This document shows positions 23,501 through 34,145 of a stretch of DNA of 64,000 nucleotides, one piece after another. The number at the start of each line of letters is the position of its first letter. Position 1 is the first letter of the stretch. A program made the translations under genes and the position numbers. The notes under the pieces were generated by a model. It searched no databases and was not told the origin of the DNA. It saw only the letters and a list, made by a program, of their open reading frames with translations. The stretch lies in assembly GCA_004764695.1 (NCBI GenBank), contig SMSO01000036.1, positions 2,418,001 to 2,482,000 of the forward strand, given 5' to 3'. This DNA is from Schizochytrium sp. TIO01 (Eukaryota > Protista > Bigyra: Labyrinthulomycetes).

Positions 23501-24257
23501 AACAGCTGTTGTATAGACTTATATATCAATCAAACGTACCTCAAGTCAGTGAGACTCTTGCATCCCTCCAGAGCGATTGCGATGGCCTTTGCGCCCTCTG
23601 TGCCGATTTTGTTATTAGAGAGGCTGGTTTGTGCAACACAACAAATACGAGTCAGTCAGTCAACTGCTTTCATGTCTGCGTCTCAAGTTCTTCTGCGAAG
23701 CAATACTTCTACAACTTCACAACACTGATTCTCTACATTTGCGTTCTCTGCTCTGTCTGTTTTCCTTCAGCATTCAAGTTCTATTCAATGTTTTTTACTT
23801 CTTCTTGAGTTTGATTCGTATCATTTGTTCGGTTCATTCTTTCATTCTTTCCAAAGAAAGAAACTCCTCTGCAACAAATACTTTCTCTCTTTGGTCACTC
23901 TTCTTTCTTTCCGAGTCCGAGTCGATCATTTTTCATTCTTTTTTAACATTCCAAAGGCTGAAATGAAGCACCGAATAGTAGACTTTTCAAAACTTACTCC
24001 AATTTAGTGAGGTTCTTGCATCTCTTGAGTGCATCTGCGAGGGCCTGAGCCTGCACAGCGCATATGTTCATGTTACGCAGCCTATGTTTGTTGGAGATCA
24101 AGGTATGCGATTCTCAGTTCATTAGTTCTAAATCTTAGCTTTAAAATAAATTGCTCAAAGGCCATGCCTCGATCTGTCTACCCCTCTCTCCAGCATGCAC
24201 TTACAGCACCTGCGTCGTATCATTGGTGATTGCCCCGATACTCCATGCAGTCGTCAT
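8834..24257 (-). CDS. Multi-exon LRR(26x, RI-like) - helical/coiled-coil - protein kinase - RING1/RING2 (RBR-like) protein, about 1690 aa
   Basis: Manually spliced, all introns GT-AG and phase 2. Exon 1 24257-24205 (MTTAWSIGAITNDTTQV). 84-nt exons: 23998-24081, 23540-23623, 23047-23130, 22540-22623, 22000-22083, 21544-21627, 21088-21171, 20609-20692, 20112-20195, 19604-19687, 19070-19153, 18625-18708, 18147-18230, 17650-17733, 17143-17226, 16598-16681, 16149-16232, 15671-15754, 15180-15263, 14672-14755, 14146-14229, 13687-13770, 13372-13455, 12838-12921, 12382-12465, 11966-12049. Linker exon 11665-11817 (153 nt); terminal exon 8834-11516 in frame with the 889-aa ORF. Total 5073 nt, with no stop in exons or junction codons. 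Confidence 0.88.
12374..24000 (-). repeat. Higher-order tandem array of LRR exon+intron modules (5-exon unit E-D-C-B-A, period about 2452-2476 bp, about 4.5 copies plus local duplications/deletions)
   Basis: Equivalent exons recur at near-constant offsets (20609/18147/15671; 20112/17650/15180; 19604/17143/14672; 19070/16598/14146; 18625/16149/13687). Intron sequences are near-identical apart from T-tract/microsatellite length and scattered substitutions. Exon consensus LxxNNIGxEGAKAVAxALxGCxxLTxL. Confidence 0.95.
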
Positions 24258-27200
24258 TGTCTTTCAGTCTTAACCTTGAGCAGACGTATCACGCTTTCCG
24301 TCTTTTGCGTTCCTTTCTTTTGCACGATCAAGATCAGATGGCCTGCTCTCGCTAGACAACAGCAACTCGAACTTCAAAGCCTCAAGGAAGAACGGACTCC
24401 ACGCGAATAAGCGCGAGTGTCTTTGCAGAGCAGAGCGAACCCCTTCCCCCAATCAACGCGACGTGTGGCTCAGGAAAAATCGCGGGTGTATCGAGCGCGC
24501 TCGCTGCCTTCTGTTCAAGCTTTGCCGGCTTCGGCGCGAATATATCTCCTCCTTTTCCCTGCCTTATTCTTGGAGGTCCGTTGGATCAACTTTTTCCTGA
24601 GAGCGCAAATGCTAAAAATGGATTCTAGGAGTCGACCCCAGGCGGCCCTTACGCGTGTACAAGGTTGTAGTAATTGGTTGCATAGAAGGCCTTGAATGGG
24701 GCAGCTGCAACAACTAGTGAATGCGTAGATGAGGATAAGTCGCTTGTAATAGCCTTTTTGCTTCGAGCATGGGCAAGTAGTATTGAAAGCCTGAAATATG
24801 TCCCATTGTGTAAACGTCACGTCAGTAAGCAAGGTACTTGCGTTTGCTCTATACATACACACTATTGAGTTGAGGCCGTCTTTACGAGTTCAGTGAACGA
24901 TATATTCGTACAAGTATATACATGTTGCCTTTCATGGAGTGCGAAGTGGCATAGGAAGACTTGCAATTTCATCATGATTAATATGACTGGAGAGGCAACC
25001 ACAAGGACACTGAAGGCCATACTTTGGGAGGGGAAGGGTGGCTCATCTATGAGTAAACGCTTTTATGAAACAGTGTACACAATACATGCATGCTCAAGAG
25101 ACGCCGCAACAGTTCGGCGGACTAGACCTGGATACCATTTGACCATGATATGCAATCCTAAAACCTCAGCGAAAACAGCAAGGCCACAATGCTGGCAATG
25201 AGCCCTTCTTGAGATACTTCAATTCTTGGATAGTTGCTGGTCTTCTTCGCGACCTTTGAATCCCCCTTTTGAACGTGCAACCTTTCTAAGCTCCCAGCGT
25301 ACAGGAACACCGTGGCATCACTTCTGACTCGTCCTGTAAAACCAGTAGTTTCAAGGGTTTTTTCAGTCATTGCTATTTGAAAAGAAGATGCACAAGCAGT
25401 GGAATATTTGATGAGCCAAAGAGCTTCTCCTTGGTCAAAGTATTCTTGGTCATAGTGCTGGCAGATACTTTAAGACTCAGCGAAGCATATATGTTGAAAG
25501 TCTAGCACCTGAATACGGAAGTTTTCCTTGGCTATAAATATGAAGGGTTGGTGTAGAGTAGAACTCCGGCAGAGACGATCATTCAAAGGCTGAAACGTAC
25601 GGTACTTTGGCATTCCTTATATTTCTACCCAGTGCGATCTAGTGAATTTTAAAAAGCACATTCGACCATAATACTAGCCTCAGGACAATCCATGCTTCTG
25701 ATTATAAAGCATCTAGAACAAGCCTGTGTAGAGCCCCATTTGAATTTGTATGGAGGTCCCCAAAGAGTCCTTTCGAACCAAAACGTATATTTGGGACTGA
25801 GTGGATCGCTGGTACATCCATGAGTCCTGTAATCGAAGAGTCCGCTCAGAACCTGAAGAAAATGCGGTATCAGAGCCATCACTTGCTACCACGAGAAAAA
25901 GACTTGACGGTTTCAAGTTTGGCTCGCGTGTTGCCATCCTGGTTTGCTCCCAACCAAAGAACCTGACGCCTATTCTTTCCTGAGGGTCCTGCATTAATTT
26001 TGTCCAGAGGCTGCTTAGCATTGATTCGGGTCCATCCTGGCAAAAGACTTTAAAGAGTTGAATTCTTTGCGACATTAATTCTCCATCGGCTCGGGACCCG
26101 ACATCTTCAGTCAGATCAACTACAGTCCCGTGGGGGAATTCAAAAGTGTCATTAACGAGGGTACACCTTGCACTGTAGCTTATTGTCTCCTGTATCAGCG
26201 GGCGCGTCCCATACGTGATACTGCATTATGAAGGAGATTTCTGACATCGAGAAAACCATCATAGCCGTTTGAATCGTGAAAGTGCTCCAAATTTTATACC
26301 TAGGTAGATGAATCGATTGGATGATCACAAGCTGCTTCCGGGAAAACCCTTTCGCTCTGTGTCTCAAAGGCTTGATGTTTCGTTTGTGCAATAACAACCT
26401 GTCATTTTCTTAATTTCGACGAGACTAAGTAGCACATTTTATACCCTACCTTTTCGTACAATAAATACGTGTCATAACTGTTCCGGTTGATGCAAAATGT
26501 GAATATAGTTTGAGAACCAACACCATGCTGGTGTCAGAATATATTTCTTGGACTGTTGAAGTCCTTGTAGAAGAAATTAAGCACTTGACAAACCTAGGGC
26601 TATTTATATCATCATCATCTCACTTAGGTCTAAGTGTATTACTTAATTTAAATGAAGTAAACAGGTTTTCTAAAATTTAAAGACCAGAGAACATTCATCG
26701 AACATGCACGGTGGAGGCCTTCGCTGACGGAACTGCCATTTAGTTTCTTTAAGTTTTTGTGAAGCAAATTTTGTAACGAAGTTAATCCAGGTTGAGGGGG
26801 GGGGGGGGGTGCGGACGAGAGCAGTCTGCCTTAAACAAAAAATAAAGCAATTTATACCTCGCATGAAGAGATTGAATCTGTGAATCTATATTGCAATGGC
26901 TTTCTCTGACTAAGTAAGTAGACGGAACATTGTCTCACTCTCCGGTCACCGAAACAAAAAAGAAGTTATTGACTCATTTCAAACCTAATAAAATCCTGCA
27001 AACAACTTGAGGCATTGGACGTTTCCACCCGCAACTGAATTGAATTAGTGAGGAACTTCCTCCAACCGGAATACGATGTCACGGCTCATCTTGCAATCAC
27101 TCTCCAGATGAGCGTGATTCTGACGTACGAAGAGTTTTGGTTGCATAAAGAAAGTGCCAGCGCTCTCGAATTATGGATGCTGCTGTTATGCAAACAAACT

Positions 27201-28847
27201 GTTCACGCAGATTGCTCTGTCTCTTTGCCTTTTGCGTCCTGTATTGAAGAAAGACAATGTACTAAGATAAACTTTGCGCTCTCCGCAACAGAGCCAAGCA
27301 AGAAGTACACGTCTTCAGAAAATTCCGCCCTGCTAAGTTTTAATGCTTTGTCTATGATGTTGTGTTGAGGATCTTTTTCGAGAATTTCATCTGTGCTATC
27401 TCCTGAGCTGCTGGGCTGTACTTTTTGTTGTACTTGACAGATTTGACGTTTCTAATCCTGGAGAGATGTGCAATGTTCTCCCCTGGAACTCGAAATTTCT
27501 GCACACTTTTATGCTCGTTCCTTATTTCTAACTTGAAATATACCCGGGCTAGAGCTTATACTAAGACATTTTGAATTTTCTTAGGCAAACAAAAGCAAGT
27601 CAGTACCTCCTGGCACTACTACCATCAAGTTTCTTTCCACCGCTTTTGAACGCAGGGGCGAGGTAAGTTAAGACAATTCTTGCAAAAAACACGATAAACA
27701 ATGGCTGGTTGAAAGGACAATCCCTGTTGGTAATCTGTCTCTCGCTACTGCAAATGATGTCTCAATTTAAAAAAGGTTCACTATCTATTAAACGTGTAAT
27801 CTTGGACCCAACCCACGTCCTTGGGGCCATATTAGTAAATATATGAAATTCTGGCTGGCAGTAGCACTTGTTTTCACGTGCTCCGATTTCTTTTATAGAG
27901 TTGAGTTCTCAACTTAAGTTAAAGAAGGGTATGCTTGGCCAGTGGGCATGAGTTTCTACAAGTTGAGCTATGACACTCAGAAAAATCCATAATGAGCGAT
28001 ATACTATACTTAAACATGCCGAGAGTCACCCGGGAATCGAGGTAGAAGTACAAACCATCAATTGGCCATTCTGATGAGCTTTCAGAGCCGCTTTTTGTTC
28101 CCAATGCTACTTAGACGAGAGTTCTCCACAATCTGCACAGGTAGGTAGGTATTCATTACTATCGATATTTCCACCCAAGAGCGACTAGGAGTACGAAGCG
28201 CTCTCATTACACTCTTAAAGTACTTCTCAAACTTTGAATTCGCCACTCTAAAAAGTAAAGCCCGTTGCTATAAGATGTTACTTAACGATAGTAGTTTTTG
28301 GAGTTTGGGACTCCTGCGCAGCAGTGTGGCGCAAGCCGCACTCGTTTTGGAGCAAGGTTTGTTCCACATTAAAAGACAGACAGATCGGGGGTTCCGGTAG
28401 TTTTTAAATAGGGTTTACTATAACCTTCGTTCCCTTGTCTATGGTTTCTCTTGAGAACGAGGTGAGAACGAAAAGAACAAGAGAACCTCAGTAGGACTTC
28501 ATACGAACACTAAGAATCAATTTTGAAAATTTAAACTATAGGTATAATGGTAAAAAACATTGAAAAAGCACTTCAGGTTGTTTCTAAACTTGTGCCTCGA
28601 GAGAAAGCAAACCCCAAACGGCCCCAGCTTCAGATCAAACTTGCACGAGGCTTTGAGGATCAGACCCCGAACGCCGACGCGGAGCTCAAGGTTTTCGGGG
28701 ACCATTCACCCGACCAACTAGCCCAAGCACTTCAACCAAGTGCTTAATTGTACTGTCCAAACAAGAATTGCTTAAGCTTGTTCTCTCTAACCTTAATAGG
28801 TCCCTTCTAACCAGAAGGAACCGAGGCTGATTAAGGATTTGAGAGCG

Positions 28848-30851
28848 ATGGACTCTGTCTACGATGACCTTTCTCTGGACGATGGAGCTCATCTGTACGA
28901 GAGCTTGTTCGCCGCGAATGGCTTAGCAGAACCCGTAGCCGACGCATTCTGGGATCCAATTTATGAAGCTCCGTTGGGTTTGCAAACAAAGGACTTTAAT
29001 TCAAAGAGCACAGCGCCGATGGTGAGCGTTAGCATGCCGGTACCGACTCCAACGACTACAAAGTCCACGACCACCAGCAGAACACCGGGAACCCATCGTG
29101 CCATTGATCTCTTGGAGACCTGGCTCAAAGTCTACAAGATGACCTCGTGCGAACAAAGCCGCACGCTGTATGTTCAAGCTTTGTTCAAGGATCTTAATGC
29201 ATCCCACGTTTTTCGCACTGCGCGCAACGGTGGCCTTGTCTCGTTCAATCTTTCCGAGGCCGCCTCATTTGCACAAATCGGGCAGGACAAGCTGATTTCT
29301 ATGGATCAGACGCAAGGTTTCATCTTTGATCTACAGTGCAATGTCCTTAGTCGCTACGTAGATTCTGATCCTGCATCTACAAACGTGAGCAGCAGTGTTT
29401 CCTTGTGTCGTTCGAGCACCTGGGATTTCAACACCTGGGAGGCTGATCCTGGGCTCTGTACTACAGCCTCTGAATCAACTTTCCGCAATGAGGATGGATC
29501 GGATATGAAGTCCATCAACACTTCATGGACCTCTTCGTGTGCGCTGAATCGGCCCCTCACGAGATTACGTTGTGAGCGAATCGCAACAAGTAACATGCAA
29601 AGAGCACTGTCTGCCAAGCATCGAGCCTTGCTACAAGCTCCACGTCTAGCGTGTAGTGATGAGGGCGAGCCTACTCTGCAAGAGAGAAGACTCGAGGAAC
29701 TATGCTACGAAGTTTTCTGGGAGGTGCTTCTCAATAACGAGCGTCGTACTCTTATGTCTTTCATGACCAATGAGCGAAATAACTTCCATCGCCAGCTTGA
29801 CAGATATATTTTGGGCTCTTCAACCAAGCGTGGTGGATCGAAGTCACGTTCAAGTCAAGATGGACCATTTTGGTCAATCTTGAGGAATGCCCTAGGGTAT
29901 AACGAAGGTGATAAACTCCCTACTATGCGTGAGTTGTTGGCAATTCTCCCGACAGACCCTGCGCCATGGAAAAGAGCTCATCAGACAATGCCTCTTGATG
30001 AAAAACATATCCCAAACAACTTTGCAGCAACCAATTGCTTGTTTAACTTTGGCTGCGACTTCTCTTGGAAAAAAACCTTTTACCCTCCTACTCCCGGTAA
30101 GTTGAACATCTATCGAATGCGTCATCACCTGCTCAGAACGTTTCAGGCCTCATATTATCCATTTACCGAAGAACCTTGCAAACTAACATGCCTGAACACA
30201 GTTGGAGTCCATGAACGCAAATGCAAGATTGCAGTTTTGTTGCTTTCTTTATGTCGTCTTTTGTTTCCTGCTGACCACGACCACGGCAAAGGCACACAAG
30301 CTTCGGATGCTGTACTCACTTCTTGTCTTGAACAACTGTCGCTCTCTGAGCTGGGCAATCCTCGTATTCAACAGCAGCTTGAGATTCTTTGGATGACCAT
30401 GCTCCATCGCTATTGCGGCTGGATTGACCGCGGTGATCCCCGCGATGAGGACGCTCGCGATGATGAAAGTGAGTATTCTTTCGACACACAGAGCCCCCCA
30501 AGTGTTTCTAATGAGCCATCGCGAGTAGTAAAAAACTCACATCAACGTACAGGCAAAAACCATCGCCGGCTTACATTGCATAAAGTTCTGCACTGGTTTA
30601 ACCTTTTCAGGAACTCAGACTCTGCGCAAGCGTTCTTTTCCTCTGTGATCAATGTAACTCTACCACTTCACACATCCATTCTGCAAGGAGCAAACGTTCA
30701 GAGCAAGGTGGGCGCCGTCACGCCGGCGAGACGAACCAGTAGCGCAAGTAAACGGAAGCGAGTTTCTGCTACTTATGCTGGAATGTCCCCTGCCAAGAAA
30801 CCTGCGAAGGTGATTGAACCGTATTCTTCCTGGAAGTCCAGCGGTTTCTAA
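28848..30851 (+). CDS. Hypothetical protein (about 667 aa), possibly nuclear; may have an upstream exon at 28547-~28740
   Basis: Long uninterrupted ORF with first ATG at 28848; no recognisable domain; basic C-terminal stretch SKRKRVS...PAKKPAK resembles a bipartite NLS. An acceptor-like CTCTAAC..AATAG at 28785-28799 is in frame, but I found no convincing donor. Confidence 0.7.
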   Translation: MDSVYDDLSLDDGAHLYESLFAANGLAEPVADAFWDPIYEAPLGLQTKDFNSKSTAPMVSVSMPVPTPTTTKSTTTSRTPGTHRAIDLLETWLKVYKMTSCEQSRTLYVQALFKDLNASHVFRTARNGGLVSFNLSEAASFAQIGQDKLISMDQTQGFIFDLQCNVLSRYVDSDPASTNVSSSVSLCRSSTWDFNTWEADPGLCTTASESTFRNEDGSDMKSINTSWTSSCALNRPLTRLRCERIATSNMQRALSAKHRALLQAPRLACSDEGEPTLQERRLEELCYEVFWEVLLNNERRTLMSFMTNERNNFHRQLDRYILGSSTKRGGSKSRSSQDGPFWSILRNALGYNEGDKLPTMRELLAILPTDPAPWKRAHQTMPLDEKHIPNNFAATNCLFNFGCDFSWKKTFYPPTPGKLNIYRMRHHLLRTFQASYYPFTEEPCKLTCLNTVGVHERKCKIAVLLLSLCRLLFPADHDHGKGTQASDAVLTSCLEQLSLSELGNPRIQQQLEILWMTMLHRYCGWIDRGDPRDEDARDDESEYSFDTQSPPSVSNEPSRVVKNSHQRTGKNHRRLTLHKVLHWFNLFRNSDSAQAFFSSVINVTLPLHTSILQGANVQSKVGAVTPARRTSSASKRKRVSATYAGMSPAKKPAKVIEPYSSWKSSGF

Positions 30852-31613
30852 TGACATATATATAGCCCAGCAGAGCACCATACTGAGACGCTCGCTGTTG
30901 AAAATTACCAGTCAAGCGCTATTATGGCTGTGAATGCATGATCCTTCACTCATATACATATTCGAAATCTACTACATTAATTTCTCAAGGTTATCTATCA
31001 CCTTGTTAATAAATAAATAAAATTAGAACACACGCTGTCCTCTTTGAATGCTCTTTAGGATAATCTTGAATAAGAAATACTTACTTTGAGCCAAACAAAT
31101 GCGCGATTGGTGTTATTGGAAATAGTAATTATACAAAAATAATGGGTAATTCTTAAAATTCTAAATTTGTTTTTTGTTTTTGCAAGGTTTCTATTTTTTG
31201 TTTGTGTGATATTGGCGTATTCGAATAGTTTCGCAGGTGGGTGGTGTGACATAAAAAGAAAGGATGTTGACAAGGAAACTTCCGTAGTCTAAAAACCCAG
31301 TAACGGAGGGTTCAATCTTGTTCTTTCGTGTAGTACAAAATTTATTCCTGTGCATGAATGCGATGCCGACCACCACATACCCCCTTAAAAAAAATTCTAT
31401 GAGAGTTCCATGTTACAGTTATCCGAAGCTCAGGGAAAACAGGGTTTTCGATCAGGAGAAAGTCTCTTGTGGATCGAAAATCCTGAACTTCATCATCAAT
31501 CGAAGTTATAAATCATGAGCACGGCCATCCAACATGAATTAGAAATAAAGACCCTCATCATGAGTCCATTAAAAAGAGTCGATACTTGCATCTTACTGTC
31601 TCTCTTTCTCCTC

Positions 31614-32846
31614 TTACTGAGCACTGCCTCCGAGTCCAAGCATGGACCAGATAGTTCCCGAAGATCCGGCCGCTTGCTGTGCAGGTGCTTCCTCCTCCTG
31701 CGCCTTCTGTCCCGGGGGTGGGAGGTTGTTTGCCTGATCAATCGGCGTCATACCCATTGGCATTGGCGCCATCTCTGGTTGCGGTGCCGCCGCAGCTTCG
31801 GCGTGCTGAGGCTGGTGCTGAGCAGGTCCTCCAAACAGTGCTCCCTTGCGGATCGCGCCTCCGAGAGTTCCTCTCTGTTGCTGCTCGCGCTGGGCATTGC
31901 GTTCCATGAGTTCCTGCTTGAAAGCAGCTCCAATATCCTTGCCCTTGTACTTGGCAAGCTCGCGGCGCACGTCTTCAGGATCGCGCATTGCAAGGTCCTC
32001 AAGGAAGGGCACAAGGTCGTAGAGAACACGGTCCTCCTGGGTAGGGTCATTGAAGGGCTTGACGGGGATGAGGTTCTCAGACTGTTTGGGAACGGCCTCC
32101 GGCTTGTCATCAATCATAATGACTCTCTCAAGCGGACGGTTGAGGTGCGAGAGGTCCTTGATGTGCTCACCGTTCTCGTACACAGTGGCCTCGCGGAAGA
32201 GCTTGGACTGCATGACGCCAGAGGTGTCAAGGCTGTACACGAAAGGTTCAAGAAAGAAGCTGTTGCCGCTTGTGAAGAGCACAATCTCATAGAACATAGC
32301 GAGTCGGTTCAAGAAGTAGTCAGCACCAGGACGCTTCGCAGCACGCCAGCCATGGCGAGAGTCCCACTCCAAGTGGCAAAGTGTGTCCTCAAAGTCCAAG
32401 ACCAGGGTCATCGGCTGCGTCATACCAGCGGGAAGGGTGTCCGCAGGGAAGTCCGGAAGAAGCTTGTCGCTAATGGGGTCCGTGAAGGACTTCATAGATG
32501 TCTTAACTTGGTCACTGGCCCAATCCACAGCATCTCCAAGAGGGGTGCCCTTGTAGACATTCTGCATGAACCACTTGTTGGCATCCGGGTGAAATGTGAA
32601 GAAGGCACCGACTCCAGCCACACCACCAAGACCCAAAAGCCAGCCAAGGGTGCTTGTTCCACCTTCGGCGTCGCGAAGGAGAGCCTCGTCCTTCTCACGG
32701 CGCTTGGCTGCGAGCTTCTCAGCAATCTCGCGGTTCTTCGTGGCCTTGGAAGAGGACGAAGACGAAGTAGTGCACAGAGAACGCTTTGTGCAGGAAACCT
32801 CACGACGGGCGGTAGTCCGCGCGAGCGTAACGATGGAGCGCAGCAT
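31614..32846 (-). CDS. TIM50: Mitochondrial import inner membrane translocase subunit TIM50
   Basis: Basic presequence-like N-terminus, single TM (WLLGLGGVAGVGAFF), FTDP.SDKLLPD, FCP1/NIF-like domain TLVLDFEDTLCHLEWDSRHGWRAAKRPG..YEIVLFTS..HIKDLSHLNRPLERVIMID. Confidence 0.95.
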   Translation of the reverse strand: MLRSIVTLARTTARREVSCTKRSLCTTSSSSSSKATKNREIAEKLAAKRREKDEALLRDAEGGTSTLGWLLGLGGVAGVGAFFTFHPDANKWFMQNVYKGTPLGDAVDWASDQVKTSMKSFTDPISDKLLPDFPADTLPAGMTQPMTLVLDFEDTLCHLEWDSRHGWRAAKRPGADYFLNRLAMFYEIVLFTSGNSFFLEPFVYSLDTSGVMQSKLFREATVYENGEHIKDLSHLNRPLERVIMIDDKPEAVPKQSENLIPVKPFNDPTQEDRVLYDLVPFLEDLAMRDPEDVRRELAKYKGKDIGAAFKQELMERNAQREQQQRGTLGGAIRKGALFGGPAQHQPQHAEAAAAPQPEMAPMPMGMTPIDQANNLPPPGQKAQEEEAPAQQAAGSSGTIWSMLGLGGSAQ

Positions 32847-34145
32847 GGTGGAGATGATATATCTGCTTTGATAAGCGTTTATGTTTGACTTTGATGGTAA
32901 AGGTCCACAGCGTCCGACGAAATCGACGACGAATGGACGAGAAAACGAAGGCCTACAAAGCGTAGCTACAGAGCGAATAGATGGGAGACGAAGGCCCTAC
33001 GAGGGACGCTTCGATGAGGGTACGAAGAGGAACGTCGACTCGCGCGCAACAAAGGCGGCAGAGATCGAAATGAGTTTCTGCTGCTATGCGCCACGAGTCT
33101 CTCGATCCTTCTCGATGCACTTAATGGTGAAAAAAGCCACAATTTGCATGGATGAAATAGGCAAAACATTTTTCATAGAATGCATAGGATCCCCTGGTCG
33201 TTTACCTGCTATTAAGAATATTCAGTAAGAGGTATTTCCTAGTAGTAGTATTAGACTCCTAGTACCTTCTTACTACAAGAAAAAGTTGTTGGGAGACTAA
33301 TCTAGTCGTAACAAAAGAAATGTGTATATATATACATGCATGTAGACATTCATAGAACGTTAGCTCCTCGAGAGGCTGAAGAATGATTTGGGATATAGGA
33401 ACTGACACGTAGACGAGAGGGAGGGCACTCTGGCGGAAATGAGCTTGGTGCTTATGTTTTCGAATGGGGAAATAGAACAATTTTGACTGGCAGATTCCAG
33501 CACTGCGTATAAATGCTTAGAAGCCGGCACGTAAGGGGCCTGTTTCGCCTCATAAGAACATAACAAGAGCTCGTTTTATAGGACCATTGGCGTGCATAAT
33601 GTGTCGTCTTCTAACCGAATGGAAATCTAAGGGTACGTACAAACAAAATCATGGTTGCGAAAACCTTGATATATGAAGCATTGTTGAGGGAGAGCAAAAT
33701 TTGCAATATCGTCGTAACGCGGTTCCATGCTGCTGAGTGAAAACGAACGTTCGAACTAAAACCCCAGGCCAAATTTCTGACATTGTAGCGTCTTCCCCCA
33801 AATCATGACACAATTTATAAAAAAAGAAAGACAACAAAGAGAAACAAAACATGGTAAAATAAAATCATCTTTTCTGATGCTGAGAACGCAAGAAAAAAAC
33901 AAGCAATATTTGAGAGCTCGACCGGAAGGCTTCTTTTCCCACAATGTCCTTCTGCATCTTTACTGTCTGTGGCGCACTGCTATTTCCCTGAGAGCCCATT
34001 CTCACTTTTCATGTCCACATAGTTAGTAATCGTAACATGGGACTACTTTTCAACGGCTAGATTTGCAGGTCGGCACAACTGAACAGGTCATATAATTAAG
34101 GGCCTGAAGCAATCCACAAAAAGGGTCCACGAGGGTACGCTTGGA

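Noticed and set aside
12374-24000. Array interpreted as a CRISPR array, satellite or transposon cluster
   Set aside because: The repeating cores are in-frame coding exons with splice sites, the intervening sequences are themselves repeated introns of 231-about 460 bp, the context is eukaryotic, and no cas or transposase gene is present.
12009-24010. Dozens of recurring short ORFs in the track (e.g. MKRCAFCFHD.., MRPQSQCC.., MRCENEKEKE..)
   Set aside because: They are antisense or intronic read-throughs of the repeated exon/intron modules; the real coding signal is the 84-nt minus-strand exons.
31515-32888. 457-aa plus-strand ORF
   Set aside because: Antisense shadow of codon-biased TIM50; no domain features.
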